A DNA stretch of 34,785 nucleotides from a virus. Position numbers and translations under genes: made by a program. This document shows positions 1 to 10,312 of this stretch, one piece after another. The stretch lies in UHGV virus genome UHGV-1780165; one strand, given 5' to 3'. The notes under the pieces are model-generated. The model had not been told where the DNA came from, searched no databases, and worked only from the letters and a program-made list of their open reading frames with translations. How positions within the stretch are numbered: position 1 is the first letter of the stretch; every line of letters starts with the position of its first letter.

Positions 1-675
1 CAAGGCTGGGACGGAAGTCACTGTCGTTCTCAAAATCGGTGGAGCTGCATGACAAAGTCATCGGGCATTATCTGAACATAAAACACTATCAATAAGTTGG
101 AGTCATTACCCCATTTTTTACTGACCTTAAAAGCAAAATCAAAACGATGATGAGGATGATCGCCAGAATCTGGCTAATAACAGGCGCATCTAAAAATGCA
201 CTCAGGAACTGAAAAAAAGCAGTCATTAAGGTGGTTCCTTGTCAAATGTAAAGGAGCACTTGCTCACGTTGACGTAGAAACCCAACCCCTATATAGTTGG
301 ATTCGGTGAAAGAAAGTCGTTAACGTGAGCTTACGGCACATGTTTTCGGAACAACATCAGGGAACGGCTAATTCCTTGATGCGGATGGGGTCTGTAATGC
401 AGACCCTATCTATTAACGTCATGATTGCATCTCAAATTTTCTCCTTATCTTCATTAATCAAAATTCATTTCATTTGTGAAACATCACAATATTTAGAAAA
501 TGGCCCTCTTGCAAGTGCATAACTTTGTGGATAAATCAGGAAGAAAAAAGTTGATTCTGCGCACGGCAAGGCAGATAAGCTGTGCACAAAAATCAATGGG
601 AAAAGAAAAAAAATTAAAAGTTACTTTGCTGGTTAAATAATAGTCGTTACGCAATTGTTCTGGATGGGATTTGAT

Positions 676-927
676 ATGCACGATTGGAATATTGCAGCTA
701 AAAGTCAGGAAGAACGGGATAAGGTTAACGTTGATCTGGCTGCCAGCGGTGTGGCGTACAAAGAGCGATTGAACATACCTGTCATAGCTGAACAGGTAGC
801 CCGCGAGCAACCAGAGAATCTGCGCACCTATTTCATGGAACGGTTACGGCACTATCGGCAGTTAAGCCTCCAGTTGCCAAAAGGGAGCGATCCGGTGTAT
901 CAGAACGAGGATGCACCAAAAAAATAA
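676..927 (+). CDS. hot: DNA polymerase III theta-subunit homolog (Hot)
   Basis: Listed ORF 655..927; internal ATG at 676 gives ~83 aa. Segment [36 protein letters not shown] resembles E. coli HolE/theta as recalled. Sits just upstream of humD as in P1. Confidence 0.8.
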   Translation: MHDWNIAAKSQEERDKVNVDLAASGVAYKERLNIPVIAEQVAREQPENLRTYFMERLRHYRQLSLQLPKGSDPVYQNEDAPKK

Positions 928-1012
928 CGGCAAGATGGGGGAGAAATGTGATTAGCCCCCAGCGTGGCGCGCCTACAAACCCCGCTTTCACAAACTATGC
1001 CTTTTCAATGTA

Positions 1013-1032
1013 TACTGTATGAATAAACAGTA
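1013..1032 (+). promoter_or_regulatory. LexA (SOS) box TACTGTATGAATAAACAGTA
   Basis: Perfect CTG-N10-CAG palindrome with AT-rich centre, ~20 bp upstream of the humD start codon. Confidence 0.75.
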
Positions 1033-1050
1033 TCATTGAGGTAAAACGCT

Positions 1051-1440
1051 ATGGGCTTCCCTTCTCCTGCGGCGGATTATGTTGAAAGCCGAATTTCTCT
1101 TGATCAGCAGATAATTAGACATCCTTCAGCGACCTACTTCATGCGGGCAGCTGATAGCCATCACCGTGAGGGAATATTGCAAGGTGCTTTGCTGGTGGTT
1201 GATTCCTCGCTTACTCCGGTTGATGGTTCTCTGCTTGTGTGCGCTATGGAGGGTGAATATCGCATAAAGAGATACAGGAAGTATCCGCGCCAGCACCTGG
1301 AGGATTTAAGCACCGGGAAGAAAGAGGCGTTACCAGTAGATGACGATGGATACACGGGCAGTAATGCTGTTTTTGGTGTGATCACTCATGTCATCAATGA
1401 TGCCCGAAGTGGGGAATTTGATGATTGTCCGGTTATTTAA
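1051..1440 (+). CDS. humD: UmuD-like S24 peptidase (HumD)
   Basis: 129-aa ORF with GAGG RBS 9 nt upstream; UmuD'-like sequence; LexA box immediately upstream; P1 synteny hot-humD-phd. Confidence 0.85.
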   Translation: MGFPSPAADYVESRISLDQQIIRHPSATYFMRAADSHHREGILQGALLVVDSSLTPVDGSLLVCAMEGEYRIKRYRKYPRQHLEDLSTGKKEALPVDDDGYTGSNAVFGVITHVINDARSGEFDDCPVI

Positions 1441-1512
1441 GCTGCAAAGTGCTGGTGCTTTATGCCTGTGAAGTTTATAATTGTGTACACATAACGAGTA
1501 CACGAGGTGTTT

Positions 1513-1734
1513 ATGCAATCCATTAACTTCCGTACCGCGCGTGGCAACCTTTCTGAAGTGCTCAACAATGTTGAAGCCGGGGAAGAGGTTGAAATCACCC
1601 GCAGAGGCCGTGAGCCAGCAGTAATTGTCAGCAAGGCTACTTTCGAAGCCTACAAAAAAGCGGCGCTGGATGCTGAATTTGCATCCCTGTTTGACACCCT
1701 GGACTCCACCAACAAGGAACTGGTTAACCGATAA
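1513..1734 (+). CDS. phd: Phd antitoxin (prevent host death)
   Basis: 73 aa from ATG 1513 ([73 protein letters not shown]) matches P1 Phd as recalled; stop overlaps doc start (TAATG). Confidence 0.95.
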
Positions 1735-2114
1735 TGAGGCATATATCACCGGAAGAACTTATTGCGCTTCATGATGCGAATATAAGCCGCTACGGCGGCC
1801 TGCCGGGAATGTCTGATCCGGGTAGGGCAGAGGCCATTATCGGGAGAGTTCAGGCCAGAGTTGCCTACGAAGAGATCACCGACCTTTTCGAAGTCTCCGC
1901 CACCTACCTGGTGGCTACAGCGAGAGGGCATATATTCAATGATGCCAATAAGCGTACCGCGCTAAACAGTGCGCTGCTATTTCTACGCCGTAACGGGGTG
2001 CAGGTATTTGATTCACCTGAACTGGCAGACCTTACTGTAGGCGCTGCGACTGGCGAGATATCTGTATCTTCTGTCGCCGACACGTTACGTAGATTGTATG
2101 GTTCTGCGGAGTAG
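1734..2114 (+). CDS. doc: Doc toxin (death on curing), Fic-fold kinase
   Basis: 126 aa with Fic-type motif [11 protein letters not shown]; translationally coupled to phd. Confidence 0.95.
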
Positions 2115-2118
2115 ATTA

Positions 2119-2298
2119 ATGGCACGCAAATACAACAAATTGTCCCGTGAAGCGTTAAAGATGCTTCTTGATGGCGTGAGTCGCCGCAAGGTAAAGCAAT
2201 ACCTGGTTGGTAAGCAAATTGGAGTCAGGACCGCTATTGCTGTGTTATGCCGTCAGGAAATGGTTGTGCTTAAACAGAGAATGCCGGGCAGCAGATAA
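2119..2298 (+). CDS. pdcA: small post-doc protein (PdcA-position)
   Basis: Listed ORF 2098..2298; ATG at 2119 preceded by GGAG; assignment by position downstream of doc. Confidence 0.4.
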   Translation: MARKYNKLSREALKMLLDGVSRRKVKQYLVGKQIGVRTAIAVLCRQEMVVLKQRMPGSR

Positions 2299-2325
2299 AG
2301 CCCAATCAGTGATTAAAGGTGTGAT

Positions 2326-3369
2326 GTGAAAGCCGTAATTACTCCCTTTGTACAGAAAGAGCTTGGCCTCGCCACGTTCAAAGTGGATCAGGAGGTCAGA
2401 AAGCTGGTGGAGGCTGGCCGTAAATTTATTATGGAGCCGGTGCCGCGTGAGTTAATCGAGCACATGGAAGACGGCCTCGTTGTTACCGAGCAAACCATGG
2501 CAACAAATGAGGCGTTGCAGCCGTTTTTTAACAGCGATGAACTGTTTCGCCGTATTGGTGGAATTGACGCGCTGGTGGCGTGGTTGCGTAGGAAAGAGGG
2601 TCAATGCCAGGCCGCAGATCGTAGTTGGTGTGACAACCATATTGTCCACGCTGAACGAGACAATAGCGCGGTGTTGTTGTGCTGGCATCACGATAACCAT
2701 TACCGGATGCGTGGTTTTAATGAGCTGAAAGAAACGCTGCACAATAATCGCGTTAACTGGATACTGGATGTCGCCCGTCAGGAAATGGGCCTTTCAAATA
2801 GCCATGATTTAAGTATTCAGGAGCTGTGCTGGTGGGCTTTCATGCGCAACATGATGCACCTGATGCCGGAAGAAGTCTGCCGCATATCAATAAATAAGAT
2901 GAAGGCTACTCCGCAGGATAGCGGACCTCTGAAAGAGGCGGATATTCGCCCGTATGACGATCGCGCTACAGCATATGTTCAGATGATGGAAGAACGCGCC
3001 GCGCCGATGCGTGCAAAAGTATGCCCTGTGGATGTTGACGCCGACCCTGGCATGGCGCATTTCAAAATACCAAAACTTCAATCGCTAAAATTGCCCGAGT
3101 ACATGGATTTTGTGGCTTCCCGTCCATGCTGTGGCTGTGGAGCTGCGGGAGCTGGCGCTCACATTACGCCTTATATCGTTCGTCATAGTCGATTATGCGC
3201 GCATGACATTTATGCTGTTCCTCTGTGCCAGTCATGCCAGCGTGATATTGAGCGTGACCGCGATAATTGGGAGAAGACGCACGGTAGGCTGGCGATGCAT
3301 CAACGATTGTTCTTTGATTACGCGCTTGGAGTCGGCGCTATCACAAGTCATTCGTCGAGCGTTAGATAA
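2326..3369 (+). CDS. pdcB: PdcB-position protein with Cys-rich C-terminus
   Basis: 347-aa ORF with GTG start after AAAGGTG; C-terminal [12 protein letters not shown]...[17 protein letters not shown] cysteine cluster; position as in P1. Confidence 0.55.
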   Translation: MKAVITPFVQKELGLATFKVDQEVRKLVEAGRKFIMEPVPRELIEHMEDGLVVTEQTMATNEALQPFFNSDELFRRIGGIDALVAWLRRKEGQCQAADRSWCDNHIVHAERDNSAVLLCWHHDNHYRMRGFNELKETLHNNRVNWILDVARQEMGLSNSHDLSIQELCWWAFMRNMMHLMPEEVCRISINKMKATPQDSGPLKEADIRPYDDRATAYVQMMEERAAPMRAKVCPVDVDADPGMAHFKIPKLQSLKLPEYMDFVASRPCCGCGAAGAGAHITPYIVRHSRLCAHDIYAVPLCQSCQRDIERDRDNWEKTHGRLAMHQRLFFDYALGVGAITSHSSSVR

Positions 3370-3370
3370 A

Positions 3371-3400
3371 ATTGCTCTAATGTATTGCTATTTCTTTAAT
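3371..3400 (+). promoter_or_regulatory. C1 repressor operator(s), ATTGCTCTAATGTATTGCTATTTCTTTAAT
   Basis: Matches P1 C1 operator consensus ATTGCTCTAATAAATTT, with a second overlapping ATTGCTA half-copy; upstream of lpa. Confidence 0.65.
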
Positions 3401-3457
3401 CGAGGGTATTATATTCGACGTTGATTAGTTGACATGGGCTAATCAGTAGGTGACAGG

Positions 3458-3910
3458 ATGTTACTTAACTGGCAGGGACGCCACTTCATGGAAATAAATC
3501 ACTCACGAATAACATCGTACGAGATTGCGGATTACATGATCCGCACTAAATCTCTTCTATCAGCGAAAGATCTCGCAGCAATTCTTGAAAAGGAATACCC
3601 GCATCTGGATGTCGATAAGCGCGATGTTTATCTGCGCTTAAAGGCTATCGCTGTGTCTAAGTATTCGTCTGTTTTGATTGATGACAGTACACGCCCACGT
3701 AGATTTCAGATCCACTCTCTGAATCCTGAATTCTTTCGCCGCAGCCGCGCTCCGCGCCGGTTTGATGAAAAACTCCAGAACGAACTCTATATGACGCAGG
3801 ACGAAAAGGAACGCCGGGAGCACCAGCCTTGGGTGATGGCGCGTCAACTTTTCAATAAGGTGGTCCGTCAGCACCGTCATTACGGTAATGCCACATCCGC
3901 ACGTATCTGA
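3458..3910 (+). CDS. lpa: late promoter activator (Lpa)
   Basis: 150-aa ORF directly upstream of pacA and preceded by a C1 operator, as in P1. Confidence 0.6.
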   Translation: MLLNWQGRHFMEINHSRITSYEIADYMIRTKSLLSAKDLAAILEKEYPHLDVDKRDVYLRLKAIAVSKYSSVLIDDSTRPRRFQIHSLNPEFFRRSRAPRRFDEKLQNELYMTQDEKERREHQPWVMARQLFNKVVRQHRHYGNATSARI

Positions 3911-3936
3911 TTGATTGCTTGCCCGTTCCGGGCCTT

Positions 3937-3950
3937 TTGACATGTGACTT
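3937..3950 (+). promoter_or_regulatory. candidate late-promoter element TTGACATGTGACTT
   Basis: Contains the (A)GTGACTT core that recurs upstream of mat, prt/darB and lyz; ~50 bp upstream of pacA start. Confidence 0.4.
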
Positions 3951-3996
3951 TCGTTACCCTCGCGTCAAAAAGAGTTTTATACGAAAGGAAGCATAA

Positions 3997-5190
3997 GTGA
4001 CCTGGGACGATCACAAGAAGAATTTTGCTCGCCTGGCGCGAGATGGTGGTTACACCATCGCACAATATGCCGCCGAGTTTAATCTCAACCCAAACACCGC
4101 ACGTCGTTATCTCCGTGCATTCAAAGAAGACACCGGAACAGCGGACAGCCGTAAGCCAAATAAGCCTGTCAGAAAACCACTAAAAAGCATGATCATTGAT
4201 CACGCTAATGATCAACGTGCAGGTGATCACATTGTGGCTGAAATGGCTGAAAAACAAAGAGTTAATGCTGTTGTCAGTGCCGCAGTCGAGAACGCGAAGC
4301 GCCAGAATAAGCGCATAAATGATCGTTCTGATGATCATGACGTGATCACCCGCGCCCACCGGACCTTACGTGATCGCCTGGAACGCGACACCCTGGATGA
4401 TGATGGTGAACGCTTTGAATTCGAAGCTGGCGATTACCTGATAGATAACGTTGAAGCGCGGAAGGCCGCGCGCGCTATGTTGCGTCGGTCCGGGGCCGAT
4501 GTTCTGGAAACCACTCTTCTGGAAAAGTCTCTTTCTCATCTCCTTATGCTGGAGAACGCCAGGGATACGTGTATTCGCCTGGTGCAGGAAATGCGCGATC
4601 AGCAAAAAGACGATGATGAAGGTACTCCGCCTGAATACCGTATCGCGAGCATGCTAAACAGCTGTTCCGCGCAGATAAGCAGCCTGATCAACACCATTTA
4701 CAGCATCCGGAATAACTATCGAAAAGAAAGCCGGGAGGCGGAAAAGCACGCTTTGTCTATGGGGCAAGCTGGCATTGTTAAGCTGGCATACGAACGAAAG
4801 CGTGAAAATAACTGGTCAGTGCTGGAAGCAGCTGAATTCATCGAGGCGCATGGCGGGAAAGTGCCGCCCCTGATGCTGGAGCAAATCAAAGCCGATCTGC
4901 GTGCTCCTAAGACCAATACCGATGATGAGGAAAGGCAAACAGCCGTCGGTGGCCCTTCTCTTGAAGATCTGGACAAAGTTGCGCGAGAACGGGCCGCCAA
5001 CCGCCGCGCCGATGCCGCATTGTGGATTGAGCAGCGTAGGGAAGAAATCGCCGATATCGTTGATACAGGCGGTTATGGAGATGTTGATACTGAAGGTGTA
5101 TCAAACGACCCATGGCTGGAACAAGACCTGGACGAAGACGAGGAGGAAGACGAAGAAGTTACCCGCAAGCTATACGGGGATGATGATTAA
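3997..5190 (+). CDS. pacA: terminase small (pac-recognition) subunit PacA
   Basis: 397-aa ORF with GTG start after AAAGGAAG; contains the pac site; acidic C-terminal tail; stop overlaps pacB start. Confidence 0.9.
   Translation: MTWDDHKKNFARLARDGGYTIAQYAAEFNLNPNTARRYLRAFKEDTGTADSRKPNKPVRKPLKSMIIDHANDQRAGDHIVAEMAEKQRVNAVVSAAVENAKRQNKRINDRSDDHDVITRAHRTLRDRLERDTLDDDGERFEFEAGDYLIDNVEARKAARAMLRRSGADVLETTLLEKSLSHLLMLENARDTCIRLVQEMRDQQKDDDEGTPPEYRIASMLNSCSAQISSLINTIYSIRNNYRKESREAEKHALSMGQAGIVKLAYERKRENNWSVLEAAEFIEAHGGKVPPLMLEQIKADLRAPKTNTDDEERQTAVGGPSLEDLDKVARERAANRRADAALWIEQRREEIADIVDTGGYGDVDTEGVSNDPWLEQDLDEDEEEDEEVTRKLYGDDD
4189..4376 (+). other. pac packaging site (clustered TGATCA/G Dam-site hexamers)
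   Basis: Four TGATCA elements at 4190-4231 and four TGATC(A/G) elements at 4318-4375 inside pacA, the known P1 pac architecture. Confidence 0.85.
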
Positions 5191-6674
5191 TGGCCAGAAG
5201 TTGCGTAACGGATCCACGTTGGCGCGAGCTGGTGGCGCTATATCGTTATGACTGGATTGCGGCCGCTGATGTTTTGTTCGGCAAAACACCTACCTGGCAG
5301 CAGGATCTGATTATTGAGTCTGTGCAGGAACAGGGTAGCAAGACATCTGTTTCGTCTGGTCACGGTACCGGGAAATCAGACATGACTTCTATCATGATCA
5401 TGTTGTTCATAATCATGTATCCAGGTGCCCGTGCCATTATCGTTGCGAACAAAATTCAGCAGGTAATGACCGGTATATTCAAGTACATCAAGATAAACTG
5501 GGCTACTGCCACCAGCCGTTTCCCATGGCTTGCTGATTATTTTGTTCTGACAGAAACCGCTTTCTATGAGATTACTGGTAAAGGTGTATGGACTGTAGTA
5601 CCGAAGGGCTTTCGTCTGGGAAGTGAAGAAGCTCTCGCCGGTGAACACGCAGATCATCTTCTGTATATTATCGATGAAGCCTCCGGTGTCAGTGATAGAG
5701 CTTTCGGTATCATCACCGGTGCTCTTACCGGACAGGATAACCGCATCTTATTGCTGTCACAGCCTACACGCCCAAGCGGCTATTTCTACGATACACACCA
5801 TAAACTGGCCAAGCGTCCTGGTAACCCTGATGGCGTTTATACGGCGATCACGCTTAACAGTGAGGAATCACCGTTGGTAACGCCAGCATTTATCAAAATG
5901 AAGCTGGCGGAGTACGGCGGGCGTGATAACCCTATGTACATGATTAAGGTACGCGGCCTATTCCCTAAATCACAGGATGGCTTCCTTCTTGGACGTGATG
6001 AGGTTGAACGTGCAACGCGGCGGAAAGTCAAGATTGCAAAAGGATGGGGCTGGCTTGCATGTGTGGACGTTGCTGGTGGTACGGGACGGGATAAGTCCGT
6101 TATCAATATCATGATGGTGTCCGGCCAGCGAAATAAACGCCGTGTAATCAACTATCGAATGCTGGAATACACAGACGTTACAGAAACGCAGCTTGCCGCC
6201 AAAATTTTCGCAGAATGTAATCCTGAGCGATTCCCAAATATCACCATAGCGATAGACGGCGATGGCCTGGGTAAAGCAACGGCGGATCTGATGTACGAGT
6301 ATTATGGTATTACCGTACAGCGTATACGCTGGGGTAAAAAGATGCATAGCCGTGAAGATAAGAGCCTGTACTTTGATAAACGTGCTTATGCCAACGTTCA
6401 AGCCGCAGAGGCCGTAAAATCTGGTCGTATGAGACTGGATAAGGGTAATGAAACTATTGAGGAAGCGTCGAAAATCCCTGTAGGGATTAACTCCGCAGGT
6501 CAATGGAAGGTGATGAGTAAGGAGGATATGAAGAAAAAACTCAACCTGCACTCACCAGACCATTGGGATACATATTGTTTCGCTATGCTGGCTGATTATG
6601 TTCCCCAGGATGAAGTGCTTAGCGTCGAAGACGAAGCGCAGGTTGATGAAGCTCTGGCATGGCTTAATGAATAA
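5190..6674 (+). CDS. pacB: terminase large subunit PacB
   Basis: 494-aa ORF with Walker A-like GHGTGKS; translationally coupled to pacA. Confidence 0.9.
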   Translation: MARSCVTDPRWRELVALYRYDWIAAADVLFGKTPTWQQDLIIESVQEQGSKTSVSSGHGTGKSDMTSIMIMLFIIMYPGARAIIVANKIQQVMTGIFKYIKINWATATSRFPWLADYFVLTETAFYEITGKGVWTVVPKGFRLGSEEALAGEHADHLLYIIDEASGVSDRAFGIITGALTGQDNRILLLSQPTRPSGYFYDTHHKLAKRPGNPDGVYTAITLNSEESPLVTPAFIKMKLAEYGGRDNPMYMIKVRGLFPKSQDGFLLGRDEVERATRRKVKIAKGWGWLACVDVAGGTGRDKSVINIMMVSGQRNKRRVINYRMLEYTDVTETQLAAKIFAECNPERFPNITIAIDGDGLGKATADLMYEYYGITVQRIRWGKKMHSREDKSLYFDKRAYANVQAAEAVKSGRMRLDKGNETIEEASKIPVGINSAGQWKVMSKEDMKKKLNLHSPDHWDTYCFAMLADYVPQDEVLSVEDEAQVDEALAWLNE

Positions 6675-6698
6675 CTCATTGACCATGCCGGATAGAAA

Positions 6699-7550
6699 CT
6701 ATTGCGCGCTTTCGGGGTTGTCGTTTACTGGCTGCCCCTTCTTAGTTTTACGGCTGCGCGTAACTGATGCGGCTGATTTGACCTTTTTCTCTTCGCGAGT
6801 GATGGCAATTTGTTTTTTTACATTTTCAATATCTGCCAGGCGATATATTTTTGCCTGCGGCCAGCGGTCGCAGATGATCGGTTCTATAGAGTCATAAAGG
6901 CTAAATTTTGCTTTCTCGAATTCACCGTTGATGATGATTCCATCACGGAGAGTTTCATCGCAGATAAACACACCACACAGCGGCACATGGTAACTAACTG
7001 ATTTACCATCATTGTAGTTAGGGCTACTGGAAATGTAGTGGACGCGCAGCATTGTTTCGCTAAAGCCGTGTACACGCATACGGAATTTTTCATCCTCCGG
7101 GTACTGCTTCATTAGCTCTTTTGTTGCTTCCAGGTTCTCTATGTATTTCGCACTGTGCTCATTGATCCCCGCGCTTTTCTGGATGCGAATGTCCTTATCA
7201 ATCAGATGAATAATGCGGCCAGCGGTCATGTTGACGCTGTTCACAGCTTCTGTCTGATAAGTCGTAACCTTACGCACACCGCGAAGGATGTTAGGCACAG
7301 GATATAAAATAGTCTTTGGGATATTGAGGTCTGGGTACTGTTCCAGTTCCCGCGCCATTAAAGTCCATTTATCAATTTCAGCCTGAATGCTGTCCGTTTC
7401 TTTGAACGGCAGAACGACAACCGGGCGTACAGGACGACCGTCGCTGGCGGCATCAACGTGTTGGGCGCGTGCAACAGCTTTTTTTAGAAAGAGATCCCTG
7501 AAGCTGACGAACTCCTGGTACAGTTGTTCGCCGTAGACATAATTTATCAT
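6699..7550 (-). CDS. c1: C1 immunity repressor
   Basis: 283 aa, the length I recall for P1 C1; convergent with pacB; coi immediately upstream; operator consensus sites nearby. Confidence 0.85.
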   Translation of the reverse strand: MINYVYGEQLYQEFVSFRDLFLKKAVARAQHVDAASDGRPVRPVVVLPFKETDSIQAEIDKWTLMARELEQYPDLNIPKTILYPVPNILRGVRKVTTYQTEAVNSVNMTAGRIIHLIDKDIRIQKSAGINEHSAKYIENLEATKELMKQYPEDEKFRMRVHGFSETMLRVHYISSSPNYNDGKSVSYHVPLCGVFICDETLRDGIIINGEFEKAKFSLYDSIEPIICDRWPQAKIYRLADIENVKKQIAITREEKKVKSAASVTRSRKTKKGQPVNDNPESAQ

Positions 7551-7660
7551 TGATCCTCCTCCAGAATTGACATGGCCAACAACTCACAGCGGATTACACT
7601 GGGAGTTGTTGGCCACCATTATAGAAGGATCCAACGAAAATAATAGATTTATTAGTGCAT

Positions 7661-7870
7661 TTATTGTGAGTCTGGCTGGTTAGTGGCCATGAGATATTCG
7701 ATTGTGTCAGTGAGATCATCCAGGTCGTCTTGGGTGATGCGGTACTCCTGATTGGATATCTTTGAGTAGTGTTCAGCAATGGCGCGGGCAGCGTCGGTTT
7801 CGGCGGGGTCTACAGATAAAGCGTTAGAGCAATGTCTAACGTCGTCGATGGTTGGTGGAATGAAAGCCAT
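7661..7870 (-). CDS. coi: Coi, C1 inactivator
   Basis: 69-aa ORF directly upstream of c1 on the same strand, matching P1 Coi size and position. Confidence 0.75.
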   Translation of the reverse strand: MAFIPPTIDDVRHCSNALSVDPAETDAARAIAEHYSKISNQEYRITQDDLDDLTDTIEYLMATNQPDSQ

Positions 7871-8109
7871 AATTATGCCTCACTGTATTGACAACACAGA
7901 GCCTGAAGCTCTGACCTACTGTTTCACCCATGATCCATGCTGGGGTAATCTAACAACATTGCGCTGTGTGTAAGATGAGCAATGCATAGCTGTAATGCCG
8001 TTGTATAAGGTTTCCCTGTTTGCTCATTTCCTTCTGAGCCGCTCTACAACGCTGAAGACACATTAAATAGTGAATCCAAAGTCGTATTACGAAACGGCGG
8101 CAAAACTAT

Positions 8110-8125
8110 AATTTATTAGAGCAAT
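8110..8125 (-). promoter_or_regulatory. C1 operator (reverse complement ATTGCTCTAATAAATT)
   Basis: Exact match to the operator consensus on the minus strand, upstream of coi-c1. Confidence 0.7.
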
Positions 8126-8192
8126 TGTCAAACAACTATGAAAAACAATCCAGTTTTTGGCTGGTGGAGTGGGATTTTTCTCTCAAAATTTA

Positions 8193-8209
8193 TTGCTCTA
8201 ATAATTCTT
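8193..8209 (+). promoter_or_regulatory. C1 operator ATTGCTCTAATAATTCT
   Basis: Near-consensus operator between coi and loxP. Confidence 0.65.
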
Positions 8210-8251
8210 GATTTTTATGCGCAGCTGGACGTAAACTCCTCTTCAGACCTA

Positions 8252-8285
8252 ATAACTTCGTATAGCATACATTATACGAAGTTAT
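8252..8285 (+). other. loxP recombination site
   Basis: Exact 34-bp ATAACTTCGTATA-GCATACAT-TATACGAAGTTAT. Confidence 0.98.
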
Positions 8286-8474
8286 CTTAAGGGTTATTGA
8301 ACATGATCAATTTACCTGTAAATCCATACAGTTCAATACCTTATCAGGTCAAATAGTGATCACTTGATCATTTGATCAAGGTAGCGCTACGTAAAATCTG
8401 CGAAATGTTGGCGGTGTTAGTCCTACAGATTTCGCGTAGCGCACTTAGCACCACCAATCAATCAGAGGTGAAAA

Positions 8475-8696
8475 ATGGGATATTCAGCTGCCAAAGTGTC
8501 CACTCATCTTGAGCTTGAGAAAAACCGTGGTTACTGGCGGGCAAAAGGGTTTGATCGTGATAGTTGTCAACTGTCATTATCGCGCGGTGAAGAGAAAATA
8601 GAACGCACGCGCGGTCGCTGGCGTTTCTATGACGAGAACCATAAACAGGTAAAGGCAGAGCCGATCCTGTACACTTTACTTAAAACCATTATCTGA
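8475..8696 (+). CDS. small basic protein between loxP and cre (hypothetical)
   Basis: 73-aa ORF with strong RBS (GAGGTG 7 nt upstream); ends 8 bp before cre. Confidence 0.4.
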   Translation: MGYSAAKVSTHLELEKNRGYWRAKGFDRDSCQLSLSRGEEKIERTRGRWRFYDENHKQVKAEPILYTLLKTII

Positions 8697-8703
8697 GTGT
8701 TAA

Positions 8704-9735
8704 ATGTCCAATTTACTGACCGTACACCAAAATTTGCCTGCATTACCGGTCGATGCAACGAGTGATGAGGTTCGCAAGAACCTGATGGACATGTTCAGGG
8801 ATCGCCAGGCGTTTTCTGAGCATACCTGGAAAATGCTTCTGTCCGTTTGCCGATCGTGGGCGGCATGGTGCAAGTTGAATAACCGGAAATGGTTTCCCGC
8901 AGAACCTGAAGATGTTCGCGATTATCTTCTATATCTTCAGGCGCGCGGTCTGGCAGTAAAAACTATCCAGCAACATTTGGGCCAGCTAAACATGCTTCAT
9001 CGTCGGTCCGGGCTGCCACGACCAAGTGACAGTAATGCTGTTTCACTGGTCATGCGACGGATCCGAAAAGAAAACGTTGATGCCGGTGAACGTGCAAAAC
9101 AGGCACTGGCGTTCGAACGCACTGATTTCGACCAGGTTCGTTCACTCATGGAAAATAGCGATCGCTGCCAGGATATACGTAATCTGGCATTTCTGGGGAT
9201 TGCTTATAACACCCTATTACGTATAGCCGAAATTGCCAGGATCAGGGTTAAAGATATCTCACGTACTGACGGTGGGAGAATGTTAATCCATATTGGCAGA
9301 ACGAAAACGCTGGTTAGCACCGCAGGTGTAGAGAAGGCACTTAGCCTGGGGGTAACTAAACTGGTCGAGCGATGGATTTCTGTCTCTGGTGTGGCTGATG
9401 ATCCGAATAACTACTTGTTTTGCCGTGTCAGAAAAAATGGTGTTGCCGCGCCATCTGCCACCAGCCAGCTATCAACTCGCGCCCTGGAAGGGATTTTTGA
9501 AGCAACTCATCGATTGATTTACGGCGCTAAGGATGACTCTGGTCAGAGATACCTGGCCTGGTCTGGACACAGTGCCCGTGTCGGAGCCGCGCGAGATATG
9601 GCCCGCGCCGGAGTTTCAATACCGGAGATCATGCAAGCTGGTGGCTGGACCAACGTAAATATTGTCATGAACTATATCCGTAACCTGGATAGTGAAACGG
9701 GGGCAATGGTGCGCCTGCTGGAAGATGGCGATTAG
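8704..9735 (+). CDS. cre: Cre tyrosine recombinase
   Basis: 343 aa beginning MSNLLTVHQNLPALPVDATSDEVRKNLMDMFRDRQAFSEHTWK and ending MVRLLEDGD; matches Cre as recalled. Confidence 0.98.
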   Translation: MSNLLTVHQNLPALPVDATSDEVRKNLMDMFRDRQAFSEHTWKMLLSVCRSWAAWCKLNNRKWFPAEPEDVRDYLLYLQARGLAVKTIQQHLGQLNMLHRRSGLPRPSDSNAVSLVMRRIRKENVDAGERAKQALAFERTDFDQVRSLMENSDRCQDIRNLAFLGIAYNTLLRIAEIARIRVKDISRTDGGRMLIHIGRTKTLVSTAGVEKALSLGVTKLVERWISVSGVADDPNNYLFCRVRKNGVAAPSATSQLSTRALEGIFEATHRLIYGAKDDSGQRYLAWSGHSARVGAARDMARAGVSIPEIMQAGGWTNVNIVMNYIRNLDSETGAMVRLLEDGD

Positions 9736-9785
9736 CCGTTCATTTGCGCTTGATTGTTCTAATCATTTGATATTTATGGTGACAC

Positions 9786-10097
9786 ATGCGGAAGGATTTC
9801 AAAATAGACGGAAAATATGTGGTGCTGTCTGTAAGCTCTCAAATTCAGTCACCATCTGTCATTGTCACCGTAAAGTTGAGCGATAGGATGCCTGATATCG
9901 ACTCGATATCTGTTGCGTTCCCCGTTAAAAGTATGCGGAGTGCTGAACATTTTGTGATGAATGCAACGGAGGAGGAAGCGCGGCGCGGGCTTACTAGAGT
10001 GATGGTGGAATTTGGCGAACTCCTGGGTAAGGTAAACAATGCCCTTTCAATCAGTTCAGCAAGATCCAAAGCGTTAACAGCTTCCATGATGAAATAA
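9786..10097 (+). CDS. cra: Cra (cre-associated) protein
   Basis: 103-aa ORF directly downstream of cre, as in P1. Confidence 0.65.
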   Translation: MRKDFKIDGKYVVLSVSSQIQSPSVIVTVKLSDRMPDIDSISVAFPVKSMRSAEHFVMNATEEEARRGLTRVMVEFGELLGKVNNALSISSARSKALTASMMK

Positions 10098-10102
10098 AAA
10101 AA

Positions 10103-10121
10103 GCCTGGCAAGGAGCCAGGC
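10103..10121 (+). terminator. hairpin GCCTGGC-AAGGA-GCCAGGC after cra
   Basis: 7-bp GC-rich stem preceded by an A-run; U-tract is on the opposite strand, so it may act bidirectionally or on antisense transcripts. Confidence 0.45.
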
Positions 10122-10228
10122 TGCACAAAAGAGCGGGTTTGTATTCCGCATCCAATCAATCAAGAAGGAGTATAGCACACAGGTACTGAAGTGAAAAAAT
10201 GTGATTCGCGATTAACAAAATATCTACC

Positions 10229-10258
10229 ATTGCTCTAATTGATTGCTATAATTAAGCC
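10229..10258 (+). promoter_or_regulatory. tandem C1 operators overlapping a TATAAT -10 element (ref promoter region)
   Basis: ATTGCTCTAATTGATTGCTATAATTAA: two overlapping operator-like copies with TATAAT inside. Confidence 0.6.
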
Positions 10259-10312
10259 GCAGTTTTTGTCAACTACGAAGACGTTGCCATTACTTAACTC
10301 CTTGACATCATT

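Noticed and set aside
325-522. 65-aa plus-strand ORF in the AT-rich leading region
   Set aside because: No convincing RBS or recognisable sequence features. The region may instead be regulatory or hold the start of a minus-strand gene leaving the window.
493-810. 105-aa minus-strand ORF overlapping hot
   Set aside because: It overlaps the well-supported hot gene in antisense and extends into AT-rich intergenic sequence. Likely spurious.
5088-5190. Acidic low-complexity tail at the PacA C-terminus ([23 protein letters not shown]) as a possible DNA repeat
   Set aside because: It is coding low-complexity sequence, not a tandem DNA repeat array or CRISPR-like structure.
7594-7973. ORFs 7594..7779 (-) and 7779..7973 (+) around coi
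   Set aside because: They overlap coi or the operator region in alternative frames with no RBS. Coi (7661..7870) is the supported gene.
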